Assembly: GCF_026571515.1 (NCBI RefSeq)
Contig: NW_026860607.1
Coordinates: forward strand, 1 to 64,000
Source: Ruditapes philippinarum
Taxonomy: Eukaryota
Direction of reading: 5' to 3'
DNA length: 64,000 nt
Shown: piece by piece, positions 1 through 14,225 of the stretch
Layout: every line of letters begins with the position of its first letter
Numbering within the stretch: position 1 is the first letter of the stretch
Notes under the pieces: generated by a model
Databases searched by the model: none
Seen by the model: only the letters and a program-made list of their open reading frames with translations
Told to the model about the DNA's origin: nothing
Made by a program: the position numbers and the translations under genes

Positions 1-176
1 AAAAATTGGGAAAAGATTTTCCTTTCAAAGAGAAAAAAAATTAGGGCATACAATCGAATTTAAACCCAAAACATGATGAAGATGTTTAATTGTGTGATAA
101 GGAAGATGCCATGAAATCGTCATGTCCTGATTCGTTTATAGAAACCGGAACAAATCCAGACAAATCGTTGTTGTAG
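1..176 (+). pseudogene. 3' end of a third ADP-ribosylarginine hydrolase paralog (copy of 45778-47031), frameshifted; the rest lies left of the window
   Basis: 93-176 translates CDKEDAMKSSCPDSFIETGTNPDKSLL* and 50-67 translates TIEFKP. These match the C-terminal tail TIELKP...CDKDGATKSSFSESFIEAGANPD of the 45778 ARH. The two pieces are in different frames (pseudogene or homopolymer errors). Downstream flank ~165-1030 matches ~47535-49125. Confidence 0.8.
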
Positions 177-1244
177 GGGCTTAATCCATTCTTTGCACAC
201 AACTATTTACATACAAATTCGAGTGGATATCAACAAATATTCAGAATCGACATATAGAGTTTTTTTCTGTGACTAACAATATAAATACATGAATCTTTCT
301 AAAGAAAATTTTAAAAAACTTAATTCTTTACACTTCATAATATATTCATGGTGTAAAATATATTTCATATCATTAATCTTTTATATTTGATCTTTTAAGA
401 ATTTAATTTCAATAAATGTACATTATTAGGATCTTTCAATGACAATTAGATATATTTTACTAACAATTTAAACATTTCAATAACAACTTAGTTTTGCAAA
501 CTAAAGATTCTGTTAGTTGTTCTAATATTTCTCACAAATTGCAGTAGTAATTTTTCATTTAAAATTGCCGTATTAAAAAACCTATTGCAATAATGAAAGC
601 AACATTTTAACTATACTGAACACACTGTAAACTACATTCTTTCGACACTTTGCTGTAATGTCATATCCAATTGTCATAGCCATGTTGTACATTTAGACTT
701 TTATTATATTATATTTCAAATGTTCGGTTAAAACTAATATTATGTAAATTGAAAGTGTGATCTGTACTTCATTATGGCCTTTGTAAATCCAAGGTAATAT
801 TTTATTTTTCCGATTGCGGCCATTAATGTTACATAATTATACATTGTTAAACGAGACTCTATTATGTTTTTTTACATTATGTTTTTCGATATTTATATTC
901 CATTAATTTTTATGAAGGTCTAGACCAATAACTTGTTTCCAAAATCTTGCTCACTTCCTTTTTACAGAATAATTATTATTCTAATTGTTGAAAAAGACCT
1001 TAATTGAAAAACTTTGCAACGCTTTTCACTCAATCGGGCTTATGATAGCACAAAATTTCAATTTTTTACGTACAGCAGCTGATCTATGTAAAATTCAATT
1101 TTCCTGTTGTAGGCATTTCAAACTCAGTCGGGATCCTTAAAGAAATATCTATTGTTTCCCGGCTTATAAAATTATTGTTTAATGTAACAATAGGTTTATT
1201 TGTTATTTGATGAGAAAAAGATAAGACAAATATTTGTTGTGTTT

Positions 1245-2326
1245 TTAGCTCACCTGTCACAAAGTGACAGGGTGAGCTTTTGGGATCGCTTTTCGTCCGG
1301 CGTCCGTCCGTCGTCAGTCCGTCCGTAAACTTTTACTTTAAATGACATCTCCTCATAAACCACTAAGCCAATTTCATCCAAACTTCACAGGAATGTTCCT
1401 TTGATGATCACCTTTAAAAATTGTTCAAAGATTTTAATTCCATGCAGAACTCTGGTTGCCATGGCAACCGAAAGAAAAAACTTTAAATATCTTCTTTTAA
1501 AAAACTTTAAGAGCTAGAGCTTAGATATTTGGCATGGAACATTTTCTAGTGAGTGTCTACCAAGTTTGTTCAAATAAAAGCCCTGGGGTCAAAATTGGCC
1601 CGCCCCAGGGGGTCATTGATTTTCCCTATTGCATATAGTAAAAACTTAAAAAATCTTCTTTTAAAGAACTCAAAGAGCTGGAGCTAAGATATTAAGCATG
1701 AAACATGTTCTAATGGGTGTCTACAAAGTTTGTTCAAATAAAAGCCCTGGGGTCAAAATTGGCCCCGCCCCGGGGGTCATTGATTTTCCTTATATGTGTA
1801 TAGCAAAAACTTTAAAAATCTTCTTTGAAAAAACCCAAATAGCTAGAGTTTAGATATTAAGCATGGAGCATCTTCTAGTGAGTGTCAACAAAGTTTGTTC
1901 AAATAAAAGCCCTGGGGTCAAAATTGACCCCGCCCCGGGGGTCATTGATTTTCCTTATATGTGTATTGCAAAAACTTAAAACTCTTCTGTGAAAAAACCT
2001 GAATAGCTAGAGTTTAGATATTAAGCATGAAACATCTTCTAGTAAGTGTCTACAAAGTTTGTTTAAATAAAAGCCCTGGGGTCAAAACTGGCTCCGCCCC
2101 AGGGGTGTCATTTTTTAAACTATATGTGTATAGTAAAAACTTAAAAAATCTTCTTTGAAAAAAACCAATGAGCTAGAGCTTAGATGTTTAGCATGAAACA
2201 TCTTCTTATAGGTGTCTACCAAGTTTGTTCAAATATAAGCCCTTGTGTTACAATTGGCCCTGCCAGGGGGAAGGGGGAGGCCTATATACAGGTGAGCGAC
2301 CTCAGGGCCATCATGGCCCTCTTGTT
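1245..2326 (+). mobile_element. Non-autonomous Helentron-associated (HINE/pearl-like) element with an internal ~165-bp tandem array (~5 units)
   Basis: 5' TTAGCTCACC...GGTGAGCT hairpin, (CGTC)n microsatellite, repeated GTTTGTTCAAATAAAAGCCCTGGGGTCAAAA at ~1564/1728/1893/2057/2223, and 3' GGTGAGCGA...AGGGCCATCATGGCCCT palindrome followed by CTTGTT. Confidence 0.75.
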
Positions 2327-3114
2327 TCTAAATGTTTTGTGTAGTGTACACATTTTAATTGTGTGTAGTTTGCATACATTTGATATCGTACCTTTTTAAT
2401 GTAACCATGTAATTGTATTATTTGATGGAAATGTGAATGAATTTTGACACAAATGCTTTACATTAAAGGTAGTTGTATACGTTTAAATGCTTGTTAGTTT
2501 TTTGACATGTATAATTATAAGATAAGATAGCAAATATAATGTTTTCGTTATGACACGGCTCGTAAGAATTCCAAAAATGGGTTTTCAAGTAATGTAATAT
2601 ATATATTAAATATACATGTAAATAAAATAAATAAGACAATAGTCTTAACAATGACTGACACATTAATATGTTGCCAAAATCTAGCCATTGTCATCTGCAA
2701 TGACAGGAAAGGTATATTTAAAACAAACTATCATTTTTCATACGAGTTTAAATTTTATTGAACAATTCTTATTTTACTAGCAAAAATATATATATACCTG
2801 GTTTAATTTTTGGAAATTGTTCAACATAACGGCATTTGTAGTACATGCAGGTAGTTGTGCTTGCTTACTTTTTTCGAGTACGTTAAATCTACCACGGCTG
2901 TTTATTTAGTCAGGCTCAAGACCCTAGTTTATCCCGTTACTTTTAAAAGTCAAATTAAAGATGGCCGCCATTGTTTATTTATTCTTTCATGGGGTAGATG
3001 CAACACATTTTTTTTTTAGATTTTGATTAATTTCTAGTCGGCTAGACGAGAAGAGTACATGGTAAAATAATGCGGCATTCATCTTGTATTTCGAAATGGC
3101 TTACAATTTATTTT

Positions 3115-4369
3115 CTTAGCTAATACGGAGAGCTAGTCTTCCGAGCGTCGGCGTAACCACTTATGTTAAACTTTGGGTACCAACATATTTTTTAAGTCCA
3201 TTTTCATTATGGCTTTTAAACTTTGCCCCCAAACTCTACACAGGAGAAGGTAACTCTGTCAAGCATTTTGACAGAATTAGGCCATTTTTATGCTCCACTA
3301 ATGGAGAGCATACAGTGGCTACTTTTCCCGTCTGACCATCTGTCCGTTAGTATGTCTGTCCTTCGGTTATGCTTGTCCGGACCATAACTTGAAAACCTTT
3401 GAACATATATGTGTAAACTGCACATAATGGTAGTGGGCATTGATGCGGAGTGCAGTACCAAAGAACTAGAACTTTATTTGGTCCCGTTTTTTAATTATCT
3501 CCGCTTTAAAAGATAAAGTGTCCGGAGCCTAACCTGAAAATTTTTGTTACACTGCACACAGTGGTAGAAGGCATTGAGGCGGAGTGCAGTGCCAAAAACC
3601 ATAACTCTGTTTTGCCCCGTTTTTGAATTATCTCCCATTTTAGAAAAATCTTGTCCGAAGCATAACCTGAAAAATCTTTGACATAAATTGTTTAAACTGC
3701 ACACAGTGATGATGGGCATTGAGGCGGAGTAAATAGCCACAGAAACATAACTCTATTTTGTCCCGTTTTGAATTATCGTTTCAGAAAAAAATTGCCCAGA
3801 GCATAACCTGAAACCCCTTGTTAAACTTTAAACATCAACAAGGTAGATAGGTCTCATTAAATAGAAGTGCAGTGTCAAAAAAACGTACCTCTACCTTGCC
3901 AAATTTTGGAGTTATTGCCCTGTTCATTTTTACACTTTGTCCGAGACATAACTCTAATACTGTAGGAGATATCAACATGAAACTTTGTTGAGAAATCGAT
4001 CTCATTGGGTAAAAGTGCAATGCAAAAGAATCATAAGCTTGCCTTGCCTTATTTTGGAGTTATTGTCCTTTGTTTATTTTTTCACTTTGAAATTTTTCCA
4101 GGATATAACTCTGAAACTACAAGAGGTATACTTTTCTGTGTCCAAAACCTATTTGGGGAGCATCACCCGGTTCAACCGTCTCCTGTTCGACTTATTATTT
4201 CCGTTAAAGTGTGCATACCACCTCAGATAATCCGTCGACATATGACTTTGAGACTTTGCACACTTGTTCACAATCATAATCTCAACCTCTTTTACAACAT
4301 TATGCCTCATATTTTACAATCAAGCACTGATAATAGTCGAGCACGCTGTCCTACTGAGAGCTCTTGTTT
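3115..4369 (+). mobile_element. Decayed or nested HINE-like elements with short internal repeats
   Basis: Degenerate TTAGCT...AGAGCTA...CGTCGGCGT start, repeated AAACTGCACA...GGCATTGAGGCGGAGTGCAG units (3415-3730), and end GTCGAGCACGCTGTC...AGCTCTTGTT. Confidence 0.5.
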
Positions 4370-5048
4370 CTAAATTCTGTATAATATATAACGTAAAACA
4401 AGAAGGCTTTTTACAAGAAGGCTTTTTAAATGATTAACTTGCAATGCTTACAAAACGATTACTTACATAACGATGATATAAAACTTTCTTGTAGGTAAGA
4501 AAAAAATGTTAACTATAAGTATATTGATATTGATGTCCCTTCATAATAGGATAACTTCTATTTAACAGTACTTAGTTAAGTGTCCTTTTACTTGTTTTTA
4601 CGTTTGACTTTATGAGGGATGTTGCATTTTTTCATTGTCCCTCAATCAAACCGAGTCTGCAGTTTTCATGTAAATTTGCTGTGTTTAGTGCCTCCGAGGT
4701 TCCGGATGCAATATTATATGTAATATTAACAGTATGATTTAAAGAATCACATATCAAATATTGCAAATAGAAATTAAAGGATAATACATTCTGAAACTTA
4801 TTGAACATCACAACCTGAGGGTACTTGATTCTTATATTCTTATGTTTTTGCGTGTTTTTCGATATTTTCATGTAACCTTAGTAAACTTACGGGATAGTGA
4901 ATGTTATTGGTGGTCTCGATATATTCAGTAAGTTATTATAAACAATAAACTAAATTCTTTTATAAAATAAACTGTTCACTAGAAAATAATATAAACACAG
5001 TGTAAACTGTTTTGTGGGCGAAAGTTTGGTTATATTTCGGCAATTTAA

Positions 5049-5843
5049 GGTATGAGCCCCCTAATGGGCACTATAAGGAACTATAAAATTGACAACATAG
5101 GTCAGTTATATACCTTAAAAGACACAAGAATGCAAAATTTAAACAAAGTTTACCGTATGGTTTACGAGTTATGGAGATTTTTCTTAAGTAAAACTTGGCT
5201 ATTAGAAGGGCTCTTTTTCAGAAATGAGAAACTATAAATATTCTATTTTTATATTCATTATGAAAAATGTTTTCCTATAGAACATTTTTGAAAAACAAAT
5301 AATAGCATTCAGCTAACAAATGACCCAGCAAAATTAATGTTCCTACTCAAAATGATTGAAATATGTATATAAATGTTACCCTACCCCACCCATTTAAAGT
5401 ACTTGTTTTTTCATTTTTCTACTTGGAGGGCCTTATTCAAAATATCCCTAAAATTTACTCAAATCAGGGGCTGCTTTCAAAGTTTGCATAAATTTTCTTA
5501 AAAGTATATTTGTTGCGCTTGTCAAATATAAAATACTTTTACCGTCTAGTTTTTATTTTTATTAGACTTTGAAAATATCAGGTACCATATTTGATAAAAA
5601 AAAGTTTGGCACAATTTAGCCAAAAAATACCAATAATAATTTCATAATAAAAATGAAACACTTTTGTCTTCTCAAGAGAGATATGAAAGACACAAATAAT
5701 GTTCAAAGAAAAAAAAAGAAAGAAAAAAAGTTGCCGCTTCTGGGGCTTGAACCCACGCCCCTCAGTTACAATGCAGTTGACAGTAGTTCTAGCTTATTTG
5801 AATACTCTTCAAAGTGGAGGTAATGCATTAGGTGGATCATACC
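5049..5843. mobile_element. Non-autonomous TIR element with TTAA target duplication (Kolobok-like MITE)
   Basis: TTAA|GGTATGAGCCCCCTAATG ... CATTAGGTGGATCATACC|TTAA. The body is the reverse complement of 47598-48374. Confidence 0.75.
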
Positions 5844-6035
5844 TTAACTAGAAAGTTAAACATCTATTTTAGAACTATCCTTTACATTTCATTTTGAAAT
5901 AGCAAGAACTATCCTGTACATCTTTTTTTAGAACTACTCTTCACTTTCTATTATAGAATGGCAAGATCCATCCTTTACATTTTATTTTAGAATGGCCAGT
6001 GAGATTCCTAGATTTCAATTTGTAATTTAAAATGA

Positions 6036-6193
6036 TGTTATATCCTTCATTACTGTAGTCTGCTATTTATAACTATATTGCATGATGGGTAAAAAGAGTA
6101 CTGAACTTCCGGTCAAGATATAACATGGCTTTCTAAATAAACGTAGTTACAATCAAATGTGTTTCTTATAATATCTATACCCTGGACATAACA
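6036..6193 (+). repeat. 5' LTR
   Basis: Near-identical direct repeat of 11058-11222, followed by the PBS. Confidence 0.92.
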
Positions 6194-9100
6194 TCTGGCG
6201 ACGAGGATATCAAAATATGTGCTTAACGAATTATCTAGATATAAAAATTTTACTAGTTTATGGATGGATAACGAAGTAAACTACGTAAAATAATGAACAA
6301 CTTGCCACACTTTCCAAGTTTCAGATCTTGAGACGGACAAAACAAATTCAGGAGCACGGTGGGAAAAAATGGATTGGTCGTTTAGAGAATTTATTCAAGG
6401 TAATGTTAGTGGACGATGATGACCAAAAAGAGCTTTATTATTACACTACGCCGGTGAAAAGGTTTATGATTATTTATGACGTTGAGAAAAAAGAGACGGA
6501 AGAAACATATGACGCAACAAAGAAAGTGCTTGGGGACTATTTTTCGCCACAGAAGACATCCAGAAATAGAGATATACAATTTTCGAACATATAAACAGTC
6601 AGAAGAACAATCCCTTGACGAATATGTAACGGAATTACGGACACTTGCTATAACATGTGGTTTACAGATATTGATGGCGAAATATTGCAGCAAGTTTATA
6701 CAACACGGGAAATCTAACCAGTTACGTCGTAGGCTTTACGTGAACCTGGCAAAAAACTGGATGCTATTTTAAAACTATGGGTAGGATGCTTGAACAAAGT
6801 GACCAACACGCCAAAGTAATGGAGAAAAATGACCAAAACTTAGTAAGGAAAGTATCAAATTACGCACGAAGAAGGGAGAGGTGGAACAACACGTGGGAGA
6901 ACGGCTGCACGACGTGGATTTAACTCGCAGAACCGTGGGAATTTTCGGGAGACTGGCCAATCGTATCAGCGCGGGAATTATCGACGCGCGTTGCCAACCA
7001 ATAAATGCAGGAATTGTGGATATGAATTTTCCCCACAGAGGTACCCCTTGTCCAGCGAAAGGGAAAACCTGCAACATGTGCTCATCAGTTGGCCATTTTG
7101 CGCGGTGTTGTCAGAAATCAAAACGAGGCAAAGTAAACGAAGTAAGCCGTGAAGAGGATTTTACAGTCCAATTCAGAGGAAGAATTCCTCTATAACATAA
7201 CAGTTAAAGTGTCGCAAAAGAAAACAAAAGGAAAACGCCTCAAACAAAAATAACAGTGAATGAAAAGAAAATAACAGCAACGATTGATACAGGTTCAAGT
7301 GTTAACATTATAGATGAAAAGACTTATAATTACATTGGAAAACCTAAAATTAAAATATTTACCAAAACTTTTGCCTTACGGAGGAGGCAATCCGCTTCCA
7401 GTAAAAGGGTAACATGGATTTATCTGTTGAAAAGAATGAGAAAATAATCGTAGCAAAATTTTATCTGGTGAAAGGAAATTATGGAGTTTTGATCGGCTAT
7501 GATACATCATGTGGAATGGAATTAGTCAAGATAACACAGAACAAAGATTGAGGATAAATACCCTGGAATTTATAAAGATATTGGAAAACTAAAAAACAAA
7601 CAGTGAAATTGCACATCAATCCAAATGTGAAACATGTAGCACAAAGAAATAGAAAAGAACACCATTTCATTTGAGTAGAAAAAGTAGAAAAGAAAATTAA
7701 ATCCTTTGTTAGAAAAATGGATATTATTGAAGAAGTTAGAAAAACCTACACTTGGGTTCACCAATAGTAAAACCTCCCAAAACAAAATGCGATGCTTACG
7801 ATTGTGTTGATATGAGAGAGGCCAATAAAGCCCAATAAGAAAGGGAAAGAATCAAAGTGCCGACTAGGAACTAAATTATGATTAATGAATGGAGCAAAAA
7901 ATTTCAATAAGCTTGAACCTCTAAAGCCGGTAATCGTTTTCTTCTAAAAAAGAATCAGTATATCAAACATTTGTACAGACACATGGGGGTTTATTCGGTA
8001 ATAATATACGTTATTGAATTTTGGGCAATTTCTGATAGTGAGGTTTTTCAAAAAGACCATAAGTGAAGTAATACAGGTATACATTCCGGATGATTATTTA
8101 TTGTATACGCGAAAAATCAAAGTGTCACGATAAAGCATTAGATAAAGTTTTCCGGGCTATACACGAAAGTGGGCATGACATTAAACAGATCTAAATGTGA
8201 GTTCAATAAAAAAGAAATCACTTTTTGGAGTAGTATTCGGGCAAAATGGAATGTCACCTTCACATCAGAAAGTTAGAGGCAGTCAAACAAATGATGGAGC
8301 CTACAAATGTGACGGAATGAGAAGTTTTTCTGGAATGACGTCATATTCGTCACGGTTTATTACGAAACTACGCGACAATCTCTGAAACCGTTACTACGTC
8401 CTTACAAGAAATGACACTCAATGGGGAATGGGGCAGTGAGCAACAAGCAGCATTCGAGAAATTAAAAAGTGAACTGAGCAGTGAAAACTGTCATGGATAC
8501 TTCAATCCGAGCAAGACATTGAAGTAATAACAGATGGATCACCTGTGGATGTCTCGGGAATACTCACACAAAAAGCAAGGTGGTGGCTTATGCATCTCGA
8601 TCTTTAACACACAAGTGGAAACGAGGTACAGTCAGACGGAACGCAGAAGACTGTTTGTATGGCAAGCGAACATTTTTTCGATGTATTAAAGGGAGCACAA
8701 AATTTACGCATTAAGTTTCAAAACCGGTTAACAAAAATTGGGAAAAAAAAAACCACCCTAAAAATCGAACGTTGGGGGATTGGACTTTAAAGTTCAAATG
8801 AAAAAAAGAAGTATGGCAGGGGAAAAATAATCCCTCGACTTTATTCCCCCCTCCCTTAAAAAAAGGGGGAAAAAAAAAATGCAAAAAAAGGTTTTTTGTC
8901 GCAACAATCATTCAAATGCAATGACAATGATGAGGTAAAAATGGAAAAATTGAAAAAAAGCAAAGAAAGGCATCGAATTTTCAGGAATGGTAAAAAGGTT
9001 CAAAAAACACTGAAAAAGACCCCCAAATAAAAAGAAGAATTACATCTTTTCGGTAGTATAAAGGACGAATTTGACTGTGTATAATGAACATTATTGATGA

Positions 9101-11057
9101 AAAATGATAAACTAGTTATTCCAAAATCACTCCGTGAAAAGCAATCAAACTAGGACATGAAGGTCACCAAAAGGAATTGTGAAGACAAAAAGTTACATAA
9201 GATCGAAAGTATATTTCCCAAACATGAATTCTGAAATCGAAGCTGCGATTCAAAAGTGTTTAGCATGTCAATCAAATTCAAATGAACAAACCGCGTGAAC
9301 CTTTGAGAATGAGTGAATTGCCGTCGGGACCTTGGCTCAATATAAGCGCTGACTTTTGTGGTCCGTTAGAAAACGGGGACTATTTACTTGTGGTGATAGA
9401 CGAGTATTCGAGATATCGCGATAGTTGAAATAATAAAAAATATTTCAGCAAACACAGTTATACCGGTGTTCGACACAAGATTGTATCAATCTTTGTAATA
9501 TGCGAAAGTTGATAAAAACCGACATGGGTCTCCCATTTCAAAGCAAGCATTTGCTGATTTCATGAAATTTTAAACGGCATAATTCATCGGAAAATCCCAC
9601 ACCGAGATGGGCCAAGGAGCAAATGCCAAAGCAGAATCCTCATAAACCAACTGATGAAGAGTGTAAACTTCATTTATTGAAGGGCACGAAACTACAAACA
9701 AAGGACTGTATGATTTCTTAAGACAAACCGAGTGACACCACACGTACGACTGGTTATACGCCATTCAAAGTTTAATGTTTGGTAGAGATCCGACGCCTCG
9801 AATGGCAAATAACATCGGCAATGGTAAAAAGTGGAAAATTTCAAACGAGAGTAAAATAGCACAACAAGAACGAACGACTTTTCGAAAATGAAAGCAAAAA
9901 CGATATGCAAGACGAACGGATACATGCAAGGGATAGATCAATTAACGTAGGGGATCGTGTGTTAGTTAGAAATGAAGCCAGAAGCAAAATCTGATTCAAA
10001 TATACAAACCTACGCCATATACGGTTATTGACAGAAAAAGGGACAATGATAAGTGTAAGGAACGATGCTGGTCATTGTATGACTCGAAATTTCGTCGTTA
10101 TGAGAAACTGTTGATCCTGGAATTGTCGGGAAGGAACCGGAAACATCTGAAAACGACCTCGATGAAGGGGAGATAATAGGAAATGAACAGAATTCACACG
10201 CGAGTCCCGCAAATCGGGTTGGCGAGGACAAGGCAACACGTGACAGGACGTCCTCCACCAATACTTAAAAGATTATGTGCCGCGCTAAACAGAGCGGGTA
10301 TTTTTAAAAAGAAAGTGAAAATTGGCCATTATAATGCCAATCGTATGTGTTTTATTGGATTGTACATCATGGATAGATATGTGTTTGATTAAATTTAGAA
10401 TTATCAAAGTAATTATTATATTCGAGAACATGAATTATTAATTAAGTAATACCCAAATAGCGAATTATATAATCAATGGAATGAATGTTTGACAATACAC
10501 ACATATATAGTGGAGCATACTGGAATATTCCCTCTGGAGTTTATTATAGGGTTTATATTTTAAATGCTTTTATAATCATTTAAATATTATCAAACTCAAG
10601 GATATCAAATAAAAATATAACTAATGTGTCTAATTAATTATGATGCTGGAGAGACAAGGAAATTTATCCATGTTAGTAAAGTGTTAACATGTCTGATATT
10701 GCTTATGTAGTAGAAAAGTTTCATTGACTAACGTTATTCATTGGTAATAAAAGCTGTAGTAAAACTGACCTACAAACGGTTGGAATTCGGGCAGTTTCCA
10801 GTTTTCCTCATGATTAATTGCTTTATAACAGACCACGTGGAATCAGGAATGCTGATATAAACAAACTTGGACATAACAGTTAGATGCTGAATTTGTGTTC
10901 CATCTGTAGAAACATTATATACAATGTACATGTTTATGATTTTGGTTAATTGAATATGTATTGTATTTAGAATATTAATTAAAAAATAATATTGATTTGA
11001 TAATATTTACAATAATAAATTTATATAAGATGATGTTTCAATCCAAGAGAGGAGGGA

Positions 11058-11222
11058 TGTAATATCCTTCATTACTGTAGTCTGCTATTTATAACTATAT
11101 TGCATGATGGGTAAAAAAGTACTGGAACTTTCCGGTCAAGATATAACATGGCTTTCTAAAATAAACGTGGTTACAATCAAATGTGTTTCTTATCTATATA
11201 TATCTATACCCTGGACATAACA
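11058..11222 (+). repeat. 3' LTR
   Basis: Preceded by the polypurine tract and followed by TSD AATGA. Confidence 0.92.
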
Positions 11223-11258
11223 AATGACAAATGAAAAAAATTCTTATCATAAATGTTG

Positions 11259-11541
11259 TTTACTTGGGGACCATACGCCAATTTTCATGGAATGGCACTA
11301 CTGTGTAACATTGAAGGTTCCATGATTACCGCCGCATAAACACATCTGCGGATATTCTAAATTAAAAATTTCACCATTTTCGTGTTTAAACGTTGAATTC
11401 TGCTTAAGCCGGTGCTAGGGGGCGTGGTCGGTAACTTGCACTTTACAGTACCGTCCATGAACAGGCTCAATCAATCCGAGCCTGCAACGTTTTCAATTTT
11501 GCCGTGTTGGGCTTTCTTTAGGGATTCTGTTTTTCTCTATT
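11259..11541 (-). repeat. Dispersed repeat, inverted copy of 32958-33240
   Basis: TTTACTTGGGGACCATACGCC...GGGATTCTGTTTTTCTCTAT is the reverse complement of 32958-33240. ORFs 11412+ and 33087- give near-identical peptides. Confidence 0.85.
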
Positions 11542-13496
11542 ATATTCAGTCCTTTCCTGTAAGTGTTACAGGAAGTCAAACTGAATTAAGATGGCTGCCA
11601 GCTAAAGAAACATCTATTAATCTCCAACATTAAGGGTGCAATAATGTCATAAATAAGACTGAAATAATTGAGAATAACATTTCCTTTTGTCATTTAGATG
11701 TTAATTTCCATATTTCCAAGCATACAACAAATGTTCTTTTAAACTATTGCGATGCCTTTTTAAATAAGTTTTGATCTCACACATCTGCCCGTCCGACTAT
11801 CCGTCTGAGCGTGCCAGTAGAAAGTTAATTCCGTGTAAGCCGGATCATTGGTTATAAGAGGCAAAAAGGCTGCTTATAAGGTTTTTAAGAAATTAACGAA
11901 GTTCACTGACATATCCGCACAACGTCAGCTCAGTAGGAATGTGTCCGTATGTCCACTTTAAGCCCCGTCCATAACTGTCACTTTAGAATAGATTTTTAAA
12001 TAAATTGCATTAATGTGTAACACATTGAGACAAATTTCAAATAATACTTGAAATGCTTGTTCATGATTCTGTTATTCATAGTTTGATATTAAAATAACTT
12101 AGAATAAATAAACGGCTTCAATCGGGTTAGGAAAGGATGAACTTTATATTATTACTTATCCTTCAAACAGGGGTACTATGAGCATGAGAAACGGTATTTT
12201 TTATGTCAGTGTTAATTGCGCAAGAGTATTTACTAGGATATGTAAGACCAAGAGCCAGTTTAGCAGCCTGAAGATCAGGGGCACGTCTAAATTAAAAGTT
12301 TTTTTGTCAAATTAATCAGTGGTGGATCCGGGCAACAATTTGTCATTTATTGATTGAATAAATTAATAATTATTTCCAAAGAATGCTAAACATCGCCATT
12401 AACCCGGGCATTCTAAAACTATGTTTTTCACGACATAGACTCCTTCCTGAAGAATGGAACCAAGGAGTCTTCTTTTAAAAGAAATATTTCTTATATCGTT
12501 TACGCCATAGGAGCCTACACACTGGTTTCGAGCCTAGGGTTGATTAGCCTAGGGCAGACAGTGTACGGATAGAAATGGTCAATTCTTGTTGATTGTATAT
12601 GTCGCCTTCCTGTCACGACAATAACTACGCTTAAATGTGAAAATATGAAAAGGTCCTGTCATGTACAAGAGCCAGGTCAGCATGGTTATGATTAAGGTTA
12701 AACTTTTATGATATAAATGTGAAAAGATGGTTGTGTCCGGTTTATACCTTTCTCATTAATTGGTGCCTTTTGTACATTTTTTCATAAATATATGGAAGAT
12801 TGAGACAATGTGTCATATGTAAAACTAGGCTATGTTTCTTCTTTAGGTATATTTGCTGTGATGATGAACATTTACGTAATTACAGCGAAATAATTTAATA
12901 CTACTTTTTGTCAACAAATTGATTGATACTTTTTGCTCATGTTCTTGATATCAGCTAGCGACCACCGTAAGTAAAACTGGCATGTGACAAGCTTTTTCCC
13001 CCAACTTTAATTTGGATTTGTCAACAGCCGGTCAATTAGGATCAGCTATAAAGAAAAGTGTTGACATGGTCAAGATTTTACCATTAAGGAGAAAATGATA
13101 TAGAAATAAGCTTCTGCTGAGTTTTAATTTGAAGAATAGAATATGTATCATATAATCAAATTATTAGCTTATTATATTTTTTTAATCCAAAGAAACTGTA
13201 GTCGTTTGAACAAAAGGTTTACAAGGAAATGGACCTCAAAGTTAGTGCCGTTTACAAATGTTCGCTGAATCAGGAAAGTTAAATCAAAGACATAGTGTTT
13301 TGAGTCCAGACTCATCTTATTTGCAAGATCTTAAATCATGTACCTTTTTCTTGCTCCCCTTTTCAAAGAACATCATATTTGGACGTCAATATGACTCGGG
13401 CAGTGCAGTTGGTGGTGCCACTTTCCAATGGTTTACCCTACACCCACAAAAAATCATGATCATCTAGTCCATTGATAATAAAAGGCTTACAGAAAT

Positions 13497-14225
13497 TAAA
13501 AACTTCGACGGGAGCATAAAATATAATGCAGTATACCATGCTTAAAAGCAGTGATGCAGTTCCTCAACTTTTAGGAGAAATATATATATATAAAATGAAT
13601 AAGTTCACCAAATCATAGTCGTGTGTACAATTAAATTTAATAGCAATACAGGTATGAAACGTATCTGTGCCGCAGAACCCTGTTATAAAAAACAATAATG
13701 TAATTTTTTCGTAAGCAACAAGTAACAATTTTGTACTGCACAAGTCTTTTGTTTCAAAGAAACAGTGTTATTCATTTGCATAAGATATATGTCATTATCT
13801 GTTAAGCCTTTGTTTTGTTTTTCATAAACAAACCAGTTTCATTAAACTTACTTACTCATACAACTTAGTACAATTGGCATATATTAATAGTGTTCACATA
13901 TCTTAAATTTGCTATATACAATATAGAAACGGGAAATTCTATAGGATTCTCAAATGGCAAACAATAAAGAATTCAACAGAAATAGTTTGGCAAAGAAAAT
14001 AGGATTCAAACATTTTTATTCGTGAAATTAGTTCTAGACTGGCATTTTCATACTTCGTCAAAAGTAAAGTTAAATATACAGTGTCTAAAATTCTATGTTG
14101 TAGCCATCTACAAATAATCAAGATACTTGCACCACAGGTAATGCCAATGTCTTATCGACGGACACTCGTTAAGTACTGTTCTTATTTGCCCGTATACAGG
14201 TAATCAAGACTAAAACTAACGTTAT
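13497..14225 (-). repeat. 3' UTR/flank of the ART pseudogene, duplicated with ~58890-59592
   Basis: AACTTCGACGGGAGCATAAAATATA...ATCGACGGACACTCGTTAAGTACTG is collinear in both places. Confidence 0.85.

Larger units (their letters stand above)
6036..11222 (+). mobile_element. Full-length Ty3/Gypsy LTR retrotransposon (Mag-like); gag-pol is frameshifted in this sequence
   Basis: LTRs 6036-6193 and 11058-11222 (TG...CA). 5-bp TSD AATGA at 6031-6035 and 11223-11227. PBS TGGCGACGAGGAT at 6196-6208 (complement of a tRNA-Ser(GCU) 3' end). PPT AAGAGAGGAGGGA at 11045-11057. Gag zinc knuckle CPAKGKTCNMCSSVGHFARCC, protease IDTGSS, and RT/RNaseH/integrase fragments (ADFCGPLENGDYLLVVIDEYSR near 9350-9410). 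Confidence 0.93.

Noticed and set aside
5733-5790. tRNA-like fragment (GGGCTTGAACCCACG); similar B-box-like bits at ~53385-53430, 54235-54255 and 55390-55435
   Set aside because: No complete cloverleaf is visible. These are SINE- or MITE-derived remnants.
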